A DNA stretch of 64,000 nt from positions 4,864,001-4,928,000 of the forward strand of contig CM000154.2 in assembly GCA_000004695.1 (NCBI GenBank), given 5' to 3'. Numbering within the stretch: the stretch's first letter is position 1; each line of letters begins with the position of its first letter. This document shows positions 32,037 to 45,002 of this stretch, one piece after another. Both the position numbers and the translations under genes were made by a program. This stretch comes from Dictyostelium discoideum. Its lineage: Eukaryota. The notes beneath the pieces were generated by a model, which saw nothing but the letters and a program-made list of their open reading frames with translations, was not told the origin of the DNA and made no database searches.

Positions 32037-35000
32037 TTATAAATGTTTATTTTGAGTTGAAATTGTTTGAGCTATCCAATTTGGCCATTGATCTTGATCT
32101 AAAATATGTTCAACTACAGATTGTTCATATAATTCATAAGCATCAACATTACAAATATTACCCATCATTGCATTTTGAAGTTTTGCAGCAACAACTAAAC
32201 TAACGAAATATTTCTTTTTCAAAATCTCCATAGAGGCTGTAACATCTTCCATCTTTTTAACGATTTCATCACCGACTTGATGTTTCATAAAAGCTATATT
32301 TTGTTGATTTCTTTGTTGAAGATCTTTTTTAATTCTTTGAATGGTATCACTGTAAACCTTTTCTTGAGTTCTCATTTCAGTCTCCAAACGTTGAATTTGT
32401 GAATTCAAAAAGGCGTTATGAGATTGATGAGCGATTGAACTTTCTCTAAGGGTTTCCATTTGTTCTTCAGCAGAGATTTGTTTGGATCTTCTATTGAACT
32501 TACCACTGATGCTACCACTATCTGTATGATGCTGAGAGAACTCTCTAGAGAAGGCCATACCATTGGCATACTCTGCTCTAACCTCTTTGACATTATTTTC
32601 CAAGAGACTTAATTTGGAATCTTTAATCTTGATCTCTTCTTCCCAAAGTTTTAATTTATCAGAGAGGATAGTATTTTCACATTCACGATCTATCAATTGA
32701 TTCTCTGATTGAATGAGACGATCTTTCATTAGGGATAATTGTTTTTCAACGGTTGGTAATTGTTCATTGGATTTCTTTGAGTCTTCCAATTGTTTCTTTA
32801 AAACTGTGACTTGAGCACTTTGATCGGTGATAGTTTGACTTGCTCTTGTTAAGCCTTGTTCCATATCATGTAATAGCAATAACAAAGTCTTTTGATCGGA
32901 AGCAGAGGTTTCTTTTTGTTGTAGATGAGTTTGTTCCAATGAACGCATTTGTTGTCTAAGATTAGTAGTTAAAGAATTCAATTGAGTGGTTTGATCCTTT
33001 AATCTATCGGATTCATCTTTGTAAGCACTATTGATCGAAGTGATTTGTTCATCTTTACTATCACTAGCTTTTGTGGTTGAATCCAACTGTGATGAAATAT
33101 TTTGAATGGTTGCAGTCGATTGTTGTACTGTTTTCGAGAGGATATCAATTTGACCTTGTTTCATAGTTTGATCGGATTGAAGATTCTTTAAATTCAATGA
33201 AGTGATACCACTTGATTCCTCTTGTTGTGTTAACAATGCCTTTAATTGAGTGATCTCCAAATCTCTCTCACTCAATAAAGATTCAGCTGATTGAATACTT
33301 GAACGACATTCTTTTAATCTATTGGCTAAAAGTTGACTAGTTTCTCTTAGTTGAGTGGTTTCATCACGTAATGATTCGATCTCCATCTCTGCGACATTCT
33401 TGTATGATTTCGATTGTTCATTGATTAGCTCGATGATTTGATTTGTATTGTTCAAAGTTGAAGAGAGTGAACCAATGGTTAATTCTTTCTCTTGGGTGAC
33501 ATTTTCCAATTTATTAACTTGACCAGAGAGTTGGTTAATTTTTTGAGATTGTTGGCTCTTGTATTGCTCCAACTCTTCATCACGATTTTGAATTTCATCA
33601 CGAAGTCCATCAAATTGTTGAGTGTTGATTTCTTTCTCCAATTGAAGTTGAGAGATGGTGTTGGTAAGTTCTTCGATTTCCTTTTGTTTTGCCAATACAA
33701 TTTGTTGACCAGTTTGCAATTGTGATTTAATTTGGTCCAATTGTGAAGAGGATTTCTCGATTTGTTGTTTTGCAGTTCTCAACTCCTCATCCTTTAACTC
33801 GGTTACCTTTCTCAATGGATCTAAAGTTTGCACCCATTTATCTCTATCCTCAACTGAATTTGCTTGTAATAACCAAACTCTACGTAATTGAATGATTGCA
33901 AAACCAAATGGTACTTCATCTTGAGTGATTGCAACTGAACTATTGGTTAAATCGATTTTCTTTAATTTATGAGTATCTTTTTGATTATGTGAATAATAAA
34001 GGTATGGTTTCTTAAAAACAAACCATCTTGGTTTCCATTCCTCTTTAAATGCTGATTTCTTTTTCAAATAACCACTTGTTTCATCCTCCTTTAATAATGC
34101 ACTTGATGGTACTTCTTTAACTTTAACTTCAACAATTGTTGATGATCTTTTACGACCACCACCACCACCACCACCACTACTACTACTAGTGGTATTTGAT
34201 GATCTACCACTTTTTGGTGATGATTCACCATTTACTAAAGTTGGTGAAGTTGAAGATGGTGAGGAAAAGTTTTGTTGTTGTTGTTGATGTGTTGAATTCA
34301 TTAATAGCATTTTCTTTACAATCTCTTCAACGTCGATAGTTGAAGAATTTGAAGATTCAGCAACACCATTTGCAGCATTAACATCATCAGTGTTGGTTGA
34401 ATCGATAGTTTTCTCTTTTAAATTTGTTAATTTCTCACGTAGATCCAATTCTTGTCTTAACTTTTCCATTTTCATTGCATAACCAAGTTTTAAAATATTC
34501 TCTTGATGAGCATCAATCATTTCACCAATACGATTTTGATGTTCTTGTTGTCTAGATTTGGTTAAATTAATACTAAATACAGAACCTGCATGAATTGATG
34601 GTTCCGATAAAATTGATTCACCTTTGAAATGAGTTTTAAATTTATCTAAAAGATTACTCATCGATGATGATGATGTACCATCTGGCATGGTTGCACTTGG
34701 CATCGATTCAGATGATAATATTTTAATTGCAATATCTTTAGAGATTGAAACCACATCTGGGAAACCTTGAATTAAAAGATCAAATGTTAATTTAAATAGA
34801 ATTTTATCACCTTTTCTTGTTTTTTGATTGAAAATAAATGATGGATCATTAGTTTTCCATAATAATAAAACTGAATCATCAGTACATGATAATACAGGAA
34901 TTTCAAATATATTACCACCACTATTATTACTATTTGTAGTTTGATTATTTACTAATAATGATAATGATGAATTTGATGCAGAATTTGTAATTGAATTTGT

Positions 35001-38000
35001 AGTACTTGATGTTTCAGATGATTGTTGTGATTGTTGTTGTTGTTGTTGTTGTGATTGTTGTGATTGTTGTTGTTGTTGTTGATTATTTAATAATACATTT
35101 AATGAGGATGATGATGATGATGATGAAGTTTGTACATTTGCGGCTAATGATAAATCTTTTAATAAATTTGAATTTGGTGTTGGTGGTGCATTTGATATTA
35201 CATTTGGATTATTTGATTGTGGATTATATGGTGTACCTTGTTGTTGTGGTAATGGTGGTTGTGATGATGATGATTGTTGGTTGTTAGTTTGATTTGAATA
35301 TGGTGTCATTGGAGTACCTGGTGTATTTTGAATACCTGCTATTCTAGAATTATTTGGTGTATTTGGTGTATTTGGTGTAGCTGATGAAGATAATAATGGG
35401 TTATCTCTTTTACCAAATATTTTAATATCAGATATTCTTGCAGATTTACATTCTTTAATGATTGAATTTGATTCATTCTTTATAACTTTAAATAGAATTT
35501 GACGATTTGTTTTATCTTTTTTTAAACGGAATGTAACCGAAGGTAAATGAGTATTATAAACATCTGGATCCTCTAAAATATGAACTGGTTTATATTGATC
35601 ATCAGTACCTGTATTCTTTTCAGATTCTAAAATATTTAAAGTTGCTAAAAATTCGAAATTCTCTAACATTGGTTGATTCTTTGATGATGATGATGTTGTG
35701 GAGGCAGATGATGATGATGATGTTAATTTTGGTTGTTGTTTACTCTTTTTATGACCTCTAATTTCAAATGAAACATATTGAGTTTGTAATAGATTAATTA
35801 ATGATTCGGTTAATGAAGTGATAACAATTCTCTTTTGATCGATAAAAGCAGAGATTGGTTGTGGTTCTGTTAAAAATGTATCTACTATTGTACCATTTTG
35901 ATTTGGGAAATTGAATTTAATGAAAACATCACTAAATTTATTTTCATCTATAAACTCTGAGAAACCTTCAAAACCAATGGTAATTTCTAAATTCTTGCCA
36001 AGTAATAATGATTTATTATTTGATGGATTCTCTAAATATAAACCACGTTCAGACTCTGTAATATCGGTAGATGATGATGAAACCAATAGATTTAAATAAC
36101 CTTTTTGATTACCATTCTCATCTAAAATGGGTACTGGTCTATTACTTTCTACCAAATATAATGTATTCTTTAGATAAACATGTGACACACCAATTAATGA
36201 ATCCTTTGTAAATGTGAATTGGAAAGGATCCTCTGGAAGCTCAGTATCCAATCTACCATCATTTTGATAAAGTTCCCTCATTAAATAAATTCTATCTACG
36301 AAATCTTGATCGGTGACTAATGTGCTCTCACCAGTCGACGAATCGGTTGCTTTAATAAGGATTTGAGTTTTTCTCCAATCGATTTCCGGCTCGATATTAT
36401 CAGAGATTTGATCAGGCTCTGGGAATACTGAATATAACTTTAAGGATAAATTGATCTTTTTATTCAAAGTGGAGGAGATGGCATTCGCTTCGTTCAATGA
36501 TAAAATGATGAAAGAGATCTTATTCAAAAGTTTAGATCTATGAACTTTTGATCTCCAACGTCTAAATGCGAGCAATGCCAATTTCTCACGTTGTTCCTTT
36601 ACTTCTGGGTCGCAATCATTCTCGAGTTGTAATCTAATTTGGTCATATAATGCTCTCATTTGTTTCTTATATTCTTGTTTATCATTGATATGTTTTGACA
36701 TTGCCAATGTACCTTGAATTGAAGCCAATTCATTCAAAGCGAAATCATAATCCATAATTTGATCGACTGGACTCTTTGTACTACTAACTATACCACCAGT
36801 AGTTTGATTTCTTTCTCTTGCAATTTTAATTGCTTCCTCTGGATTATTAAATCTAAAAATATGATTATTACCTAAAATTACTCTATTACCTGTTGTTAAA
36901 ATGGTTGGTTTATTAATTTCAACACCATTTACATAGATATATGATCTATCTAATTTCTTTTCACCATCATCATCATCATTATTATTTTCTTTTTCTTTTT
37001 CTGATTTTGGTTTTGATGGTGACTTTGATGATGTTGGTGTTGTTGATGATGAATTTTCTTTATTATTATTATTATTCATAAAATTATTTGATGGAGAAAT
37101 TATAACTTTTCCATTAATATTTTCAAAAATACAATGTTCTTTATGAATATTTAAACCATTTAAAATGATATCTTGAGGAATTTCAGAATCTGAACGACCA
37201 ATTCTAGTTTTACCTTCTTTAACATAATAGATTAAAGATTCAGACATTAGAGGATCCTCATTTAAATTAATAAGATGAGGAATTGAAGAGACCACTTTAA
37301 TTGCAACACCCATATCTTTTAGTGCAGCCATTCTATCCTCACGAATTGCTTCAGCCTCTGATAATTTCTCTTCCCATGATTTATTTAATTCAGCCATGAG
37401 TTTTTCATATTGTTCTATCTTTTCATTCAATGTAGAAACGGTTTCATCGTAATCGGAATTCATAAGTTTTGAATCGTTTGCATGATATTGACCACCTTGG
37501 TCCATCATTGCTCTTAATCTCTCCACTTCACCTTGCAACTCTCTAATAAGCTTGGACTGAGCATCTTCATTGACCACAGCGACAGTTTTGATCTTTTTAG
37601 CGGAATCTGCATAACGTAGTGTCGAGAGTGACTCTTCATAGTTTATATCTGCTGGCGATATTGCAGCAATCATAATTGTTTTAGAATTACCACCCAACGT
37701 TTCCTTGAGGAGATAAGTTAACACTGAATCACGATAAGGTACGAATACAGCCTTCTTTGATGTTGAATTCTCTGCCAATGCAGAGATAACCTTACCCAAT
37801 GTGGAGAGGGATTTATTGATATTTGCACCCTCCTTCAAACGTACACCAGTTGCACCAGTGCTATTGGCCCTCTCTGAACCTGCCAAATCCACCAAACTAA
37901 TCTTACTAACTCTATCAATTGCCGTACCTCTTGTCTTATCGATTTTACTCTGTGTGAATACAATTGTAAACACTGCATGACTACGACTTGATGTTGCATT

Positions 38001-38125
38001 CATATTTGTTGATGCTACAGTTCTTGCTTTACTACCTTCATCCATAAGCATATCAATTTCTGAAAAACTTTTAACTGCTAATCTAAAAAAAACAATTTAT
38101 TTAATATTCATCATCATCATCATCA

Positions 38126-38159
<34 letters not shown>

Positions 38160-38451
38160 AGTCATCATCATCATTATCATAGAGAAAAACTAAACTTACT
38201 TTGATAAATCTTCAACATATGGACCAGTTGAAGGATTATTTCTAACTTTTAAACCACCTGTTTTATTATTATTTGGATTTAATAAATCTTTAACTTTTTC
38301 ATTATAAATTTCCATATAACTAACTGTTGTTTTATAAATTGTTTGTTCATTTGAATTTGATGGTGTTGATTGAATTCTTTGAAATAATTCTTCACAAATT
38401 AATGGAATAATACCTTTTTCTTCACCATAACCCATCATAGAATAACTATAT

Positions 38452-38523
<72 letters not shown>

Positions 38524-38924
38524 TAAAAAAAATAAAAAAAATGATTAGATTTTAATTTTTTTATTATTATTTTTTTTTTTTTTTTTTTTTTAACAAACCT
38601 TTTACCAGAACCAGTTTGACCATATGCAAAGATTGAACAATTGAAACCATCCCATGCATTTTTTAAAACTTCTTTACCTAAATCATTATATACTGTTGAT
38701 TGCGATGCAAAATGTGGATCATTTGAATCATATGACCAATAACTATAATCGAATGAAAATGATTTCTCATCATCTGCTGTTGGTGCAGCCAAAGGATTGG
38801 CACGAAGTGCAGATGGTCTGGTCAAAATTGTAGATTTATTATTCATTTGAACAATTAATTCTGCATTTCTTTCCTTTTCACGTGAATTAAAGGGACGTAC
38901 CCTAACTGCTACTTGTACATTCAT
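32037..38924 (-). CDS. kif1: Kinesin-3 (Unc104/KIF1A-type) heavy chain: motor, FHA, long coiled coil, C-terminal PH domain; 2205 aa. Exons 38924..38599, 38445..38200, 38082..32037.
   Basis: ATG 38924 ([18 protein letters not shown]). P-loop GQTGSGKS is split by intron 1: donor AG|GTTTGT after 38599 (phase 2), acceptor aaatatag before 38445, giving ...[23 protein letters not shown]. Donor GTAAGT after 38200 (phase 2). Intron 2 contains a (CAT/CGT)n microsatellite. Acceptor [16 protein letters not shown] 38082 gives ...[20 protein letters not shown]...SSRSHAV...VDLAGSE. FHA segment [34 protein letters not shown]...[21 protein letters not shown] domain [28 protein letters not shown]...DRDKWVQTL. 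Spliced CDS = 6618 nt = 2205 aa, the published size of DdUnc104. Confidence 0.9.
38108..38180. repeat. (CAT)n/(CGTCAT)n microsatellite inside kif1 intron 2
   Basis: catcatcatcatcatcatcgtcatcgtcatcgtcatcgtcatcgtcatagtcatcatcatcattatcat. Confidence 0.9.
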
Positions 38925-39912
38925 CTCTCTCTTCTCTCTCTATATATATATTATTTCTTTTTTTATTCTTTTTTATTTCCTTTTTACCTTGCTCTTCTTT
39001 TTTTTTTTTATTTTCTTTTCTTCTTGTTTTACTTTATATTATATTCTTTTTTTTTTATTTTTTTATTTTATATATATATATGTGTTTGATATATTAATAA
39101 ATAATTTATTTTCCTCTTTTAAATTTATTATTTATTTATTTATTTTTTTAAAATAAAAAAAATAAAAAATAAAAAAAGATTGATGAATAATAAATAAATT
39201 ATTATCAAATGTTCGAACAATGAGGATTGAATAACTTAAAAAAAATATAAAAAAAAAATTTCAAAAAAAAATCTTTTTTTTTTTTTTTTTTTTTTTTTTT
39301 ATTTTTTTTTTTTTAATTTTTTATTTTTTTTTTTTACTTTTCTATAAAGTAATTCAAATAATGATACAGACACACGAAAAAAAAATAGAATAAAACAAAA
39401 TAAAAAAAAAAAAAAAAATTAAAAAAATGAATAAAAAAAAAAAAAAAATTAAACAAAAGGGGGAAACTATATATATATTATTTTAATAATAATTCTTTAC
39501 TTTTTATTTTTTTTATTTTTTTTTTTTGAGATATTTTTTATGTGATGTGTGTGGGACCAGGTCAAATTAAAAAAAAAAAAATAAAAATAAAAAAAATAAA
39601 AAAAAAAATAAAAAAAAAAAAAAAAAAAATAAAAATGGTAAGATAAAAAAAAAAAAAGATAAAATCTAAAAATGAATTTAAAATCTAAAAATAAATTTAA
39701 AACAATTCTTGATTTAAAAATATAATGAACCAAGTTTTATTTTTATTTTTTTTTTTATTTTTATTTTTTTTTGTGTCTATTTTTATTTATATAAATAACC
39801 ATATTTTTTAAAATTGTTTTTTAATATCTTTTTATTTATTTATTTTTTTTTTAAAAAATTTAAATGTACACCAAAATTATTATTTATTTTTTATTTTTTA
39901 ATTTTTTTTTTT

Positions 39913-41457
39913 TTAATTTTCATCAAGTGTTAATATATATTCTAATAAAGAGATAATACCATCAATTTGCATATCTCTAAGGAAAGATTTGAAACGATCA
40001 CCATCAGTTTGGAATAAAGTTGTCATTCTTTGAATGATTACAGACTTTTGAGATGAACCTAAACTTTCATCAGTGAGTAAACTAATGAATTCATCATAGA
40101 GTGCTGTATCATTTATAACATTTGATTGATTATTTTCATCACCACTACCACCATTAACATTACTTGTATCAACATTATTATTATTATCACCATTGTTAAT
40201 TGAATGATGATGTTCATGTGAAGAATCAATTAATTCTTGTTCATGTTGATGTTGTTCATCAAATAATTCATCATCAGGTGATTGAATTATTAAATTCTCT
40301 AAAATTTCATCATCATTTGAACCTTGAACGGGTGATAATGCAGAATCTTTAAAGATTTTCAAACGATTTTCAATGAGTAGTGTTATGAAATTACAATGGG
40401 ATTGAATGTTTGTCATGTGAACTTGAAATTGTGGATTTGAAGGATTGGTATTAACTGAACGTAAGATATTTGGTGCAAAACAAACACCCAATCCAATGGG
40501 ATTCATTTTATTGATTGAAGATTTCAAAGAAACCTGCTCCAAATATTCAATGAGGTAGGATAGAACACGAACATTCTCAGTTGGTAACTTCTCTTCAACA
40601 AATACTCTAGCTTCATCGATTGTAGCGGGCACAGCTGGACTTGTGAATAGTTCCAATGGGACGAGAGGGAATTTTGACTCTCTAAGATACAATTTCAATA
40701 GACCAGCTAAATCATGAGCTGATGAATTCCCATCAACTGGTATTGCCTCTTGAACATTATTTAACATTAACCAAAGTGAACGTACAGATTCAGCATTACC
40801 ATTCACTCTAAATAATCCTTCAGTCTCTATAGCATTGGTTTTCTTTAATGCTGTAATGATCTTAAATATATTTATAAATGATAATGTTGCCGATGAAAAT
40901 GGTGCTGACAATATATGTTTCTCATAAAGTGAATCCCTACTTGGTCGTGATTTAAAGAATCTCTTTAATTTACCTGATATAATTGTTGATTTTGTAGTTT
41001 TCTTTGGTGATGGATGATGTAATATTTTATTTGGTAATGGTAATACATTGTTATTATTATTAGTTGAAGAGGATGATGATGGTGGTGATGATGATTGCGT
41101 TATTGTATTACCTGTATTTGTAGATTGTAAACTTGCACCCATTGTTGCATTTCCACTACTATAATGATTTATATTTAAATTACTATTTGATGTTGATTTA
41201 GTTAATGATCCAATACTATTTAATGATGAAGAACCTGATGAAGATCCTGATGATGATGGTGTGGTTTGATTCGCTATACCTGCTATATTACTTGCTGATG
41301 TTGATTTTGCTAAATTATTTTGTGCTGTAGTATGTTGTAATGGTGGTGATCTAGGTGGTGATTGTAATGCTGGTGGTTTATTTACATGTAAATTTGATCC
41401 ACCAACATGTTGAAATGTATTTGGTGGACTAATTGAAAGTTTACTTGGATTTGACAT
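39913..41457 (-). CDS. RhoGAP domain protein (514 aa), single exon. Ser/Thr/Pro-rich N-terminus, acidic His-rich C-terminal region.
   Basis: ATG 41457. RhoGAP core with arginine finger [21 protein letters not shown], ...[25 protein letters not shown]..., ...[19 protein letters not shown]. Confidence 0.75.
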
Positions 41458-41639
41458 TCTTTTTTTTTTTTTTTTTTTTTTTAATTTTTTATTATTATAA
41501 TTATTATTGTTATTATTACAACAAATTTATTTTTAAAATAAATAAATAAATAAATAAATAAATAAAAAATAAATAAATAAATAAAAAAATAAACAGATAA
41601 ATAAATAAAACAAGAATAAATTAATTAAAACAGTATAAG

Positions 41640-41681
<42 letters not shown>

Positions 41682-42010
41682 AATAGTTTTCAATTTTTTA
41701 TTTTTTATTTTTTATTTTTTTTAATTTTTTTAATTTTTTTATTTTTTTTTTAATTTGTTTCAAATAAACCCATCCGAAAGAGAGGTTATAGAGACTAATT
41801 TTTTTTTTTTTTAATTTTATTTTATTTTATTTTATTTTTTTTTTTTTTTATTTTTTTTAAAATAAAAAACCTTTTAAAGTTATAACTTTTAATAAAATCC
41901 TAAATTGGGAATACGCAATAAAAACTTTTTTTTTTTTTTTTTTTTTTTTTTATTATAATTATTTTTTTTTTTTTATTTCTAAAAATAAATACTCTTAAGA
42001 ATCCAAAATA

Positions 42011-42185
42011 TTATTTCCAAATTTTGTTGTTGTTTTTAATAGCCTTTGTTTCTTGAAGTGGTTCATGAACTTCTACAGTTCTTAATTCAATGCCCCATTC
42101 CAAAATTTCATCTTTACCCAACTCGATATCGGATTTAAGAGTATCCCCAACCAATTCCCTATCCAAAGAAGTAAAAACTTTTTTG

Positions 42186-42228
<43 letters not shown>

Positions 42229-43772
42229 GTGAAAGTATTAATAACCTGAAGCCAAAAAAAAAAGCCATAAAAAAGCCATAAAAAAAATTAAAGAAATTAC
42301 TTACGTCTTTCTCCTTCATATTTTATCATTTTTCTATTTTCGTTTAATAATTTAATTGAATATTCTAATTTCAATTGATTTCCTAAATCAATTGGTGAAA
42401 TATAAAAATGTAATGATGGACCATCTTCGTAATCTGCCATTTCATCTATTGAAAATAAAAATTTAAATGGACCAATTTCAAAAGGTTCTGAAGTATAATT
42501 AATATTTTGAACCTTTTTATTTTTCAAATTGAGTAAACCAGCTTTTGCAATTGGATAACATTTAAAACTTGGAATTCGCCATTTATTTTTATATTCAAAA
42601 ACAGGTTGTAATTGTAGTTGTAATGGTTGATGTTGATGTTGATTTTGTTTTTGTTTTTCATCTTCTTCTTCTTTTTGTTGTTTTTTAAGTTGAATTTGGA
42701 ATATTGAATTTTCATTTGATATTGAATTTAATTTTGATAATAATAAATTGTTTTTTAAGTTAATTTCGAATAGTTGAGAGTCGTATTGCTTGCTAATGAA
42801 TTCAATGTGGTTAATGGATTTTAAATGATGGGGAAGGTGAAGACGTTTAAAACGTTGATTGCAACCACCTGCTTTGAAAGTGCATGAAATGACTCTTTGT
42901 TTGCATTGAGTGTATTCATGTTGTGGCCAATGGGATCTCTCAAATTGGTCATCACAATGCAAACAATTGATTACTTTCTTGGGACATGATAATAGGTGTG
43001 ATTGATAGTATCTCTTTTGAATATCGTCTCTTTTGCAATCATTACATTTCATTAAATTGAATTTACAACCATTCAATTCATTATTAATATCATAATGAAT
43101 CTCTTCCAAATCATTCTTTCTTTTAATTTCAATACATCCTTCATTCTTACATTTTTGAAATCTAAATTGACAAATTTCCAAATGGGACTTTAGTTCACCA
43201 ACTGTTGTAGATATTGGACAACCTCTTTCAACATCTTTTATTCTTTCTTCAATTGTTTCATCATCATAATCATCATCATCATCACCATCACCATCACCAT
43301 CACCATCTTCTCCATTTTCATCTTCATCTTGATCCTCTTCATCATCTTCTTCATTTTCATCATTTAAATTATATTGATCCTCAATAGCTATAGTTTGTAG
43401 TGCCTTTGCCTCTTGAGGATACAACTTGTCAAAATCAATTATTTTTTCATCAATTTCCTCCTCCTCCTTCTCTTTATTGAAAATGTTTTTATTTTTTTTA
43501 TTTTTATTTTTATTATTATCTTTTTTATTATTGTTATTATTATTTTGAATAATATTATTTATTGGATTTAAATGATCACCATTGTATGAATTTGGACAAC
43601 ATGCTTGGAGTTGTGAAAATTCTTTTTCAATGAAAATATTTCTTGAAAGGTCTTCAATTGATTCTATAATATTGTCACATTCAAAGCATCTGCTTTCAAA
43701 TGTATTTAACCTTTCTTGCCAGCATGACTGGCATCTCCAATGACTTTATATAGAAAATGGGAATAAAATAAA

Positions 43773-43804
<32 letters not shown>

Positions 43805-43826
43805 GTATTAATATTTTTAGTTTGGG

Positions 43827-43861
<35 letters not shown>

Positions 43862-44009
43862 ATAATAATAAAAAATTTTACCCTAATTTACACTGATAAG
43901 TTGGTGAAAAGAATATAAATTCCATACATTTTTGGCATTTAAATTTGTTTAGTGACGGGTTATCACTATTTATTAATATTTGTCCAATTAAACATTTAAC
44001 ACTTATCAT
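42011..44009 (-). CDS. TRAF-family-like protein: N-terminal RING finger, TRAF-type zinc fingers, acidic linker, C-terminal MATH/TRAF-C domain (~577 aa). Exons 44009..43882, 43743..42305, 42177..42011.
   Basis: The long ORF lacks an in-frame ATG (track M is TTG) and begins right after a TAA with acceptor atataaag. Upstream exon ATGATAAGTGTTAAATGT...TGTAAATTAGG|GTAAAA (phase 2) joins to give MISVKCLIGQILINSDNPSLNKFKCQKCMEFIFFSPTYQCKLGHWRCQSCWQERLNTFESRCFEC = C3HC4 RING. TRAF-type zinc fingers (CPISTTVGELKSHLEICQFRFQKCKNEGC..., CKFNLMKCNDCKRDDIQKRYYQSHLLSCP..., INCLHCDDQFERSHWPQHEYTQC...). Donor C|GTAAGT after 42305 (phase 1). Poly(A)-containing intron. Acceptor aaaaaag before 42177. MATH-like C-terminus ...ILEWGIELRTVEVHEPLQE...*. 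Confidence 0.7.
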
Positions 44010-44499
44010 ATTGAGTTTATTATTTATTATTTATAAATTTAATATGAATGTGTGAGGAATTTTTAAAAAATTATAATAATATTGAGAATAATGATTGGAA
44101 AAAAAAAAAAAAAAATAACTTTAAATAGCTTTTTTTTTCATCCAGATCTCTTTAATTTTTTTTTTTTCCATTTTTAATGAAAATTATTGAGGGGATTTTA
44201 AAATTTTTTTTTTAATAAAATTAAATTAAATAAAACAAATAAATTAAATAATAATAAAAATATTTGAATTTTATGTTAAAATAAAAAAAAAAAAAAAAAA
44301 AATAAATGTGGTTTCATAAAAACCATAAAAACAAAATTATTTATATTTTAATTATATGGGTTTAAAAGATAGATAATTTTTTTCAATTTGATTGTGTAAC
44401 ATAATTTGGTAGAGATTTTTTTTTAATCTTTCAAAAAAAAAAAAAAAAAAAAAATAAAATTTCATCTTCCAAAAAATAAAAATAAAAAAAAAAAAAAAA

Positions 44500-44544
<45 letters not shown>

Positions 44545-44745
44545 ATTTTCATTTTTAAAAATTTTGGGATATATCAACATCATCAATATCATCCTCAATA
44601 CCCCAAAAACCATTTCCAAAACCAAAACCACCCCAATTCAAAATTAAAACCAAAAACAACACCACCACCACCACCACCACCAACACCACCACCAACAACA
44701 ACAACAACAACAACAACACCACCACCATTACCAATTGATAAAAAA

Positions 44746-44967
44746 ATGGTAAATAAAAATAATTATAAAAACTTTGAAAAGCTTCCATTGAAAACCCACC
44801 CATTCCTTTCATTAATAAACTCGAGTAAACCAAATAATAATTTTATTGAAATCAATGGAAAGATTAAAAAACTTTTATATGATCCAGTTAATTCATATAT
44901 AAAGGGTTCCATAACTTTACCAATGTTATTTTCCTTATTAAAATATAATAATATTATAATTGGAAGG

Positions 44968-45002
<35 letters not shown>

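Noticed and set aside
44555-44833. Minus-strand ORF 44555..44833 (poly-L/V) upstream of thoc2
   Set aside because: Antisense reading of a (CAA/CCA)n-rich promoter/5' UTR tract. No start context or partner exon.
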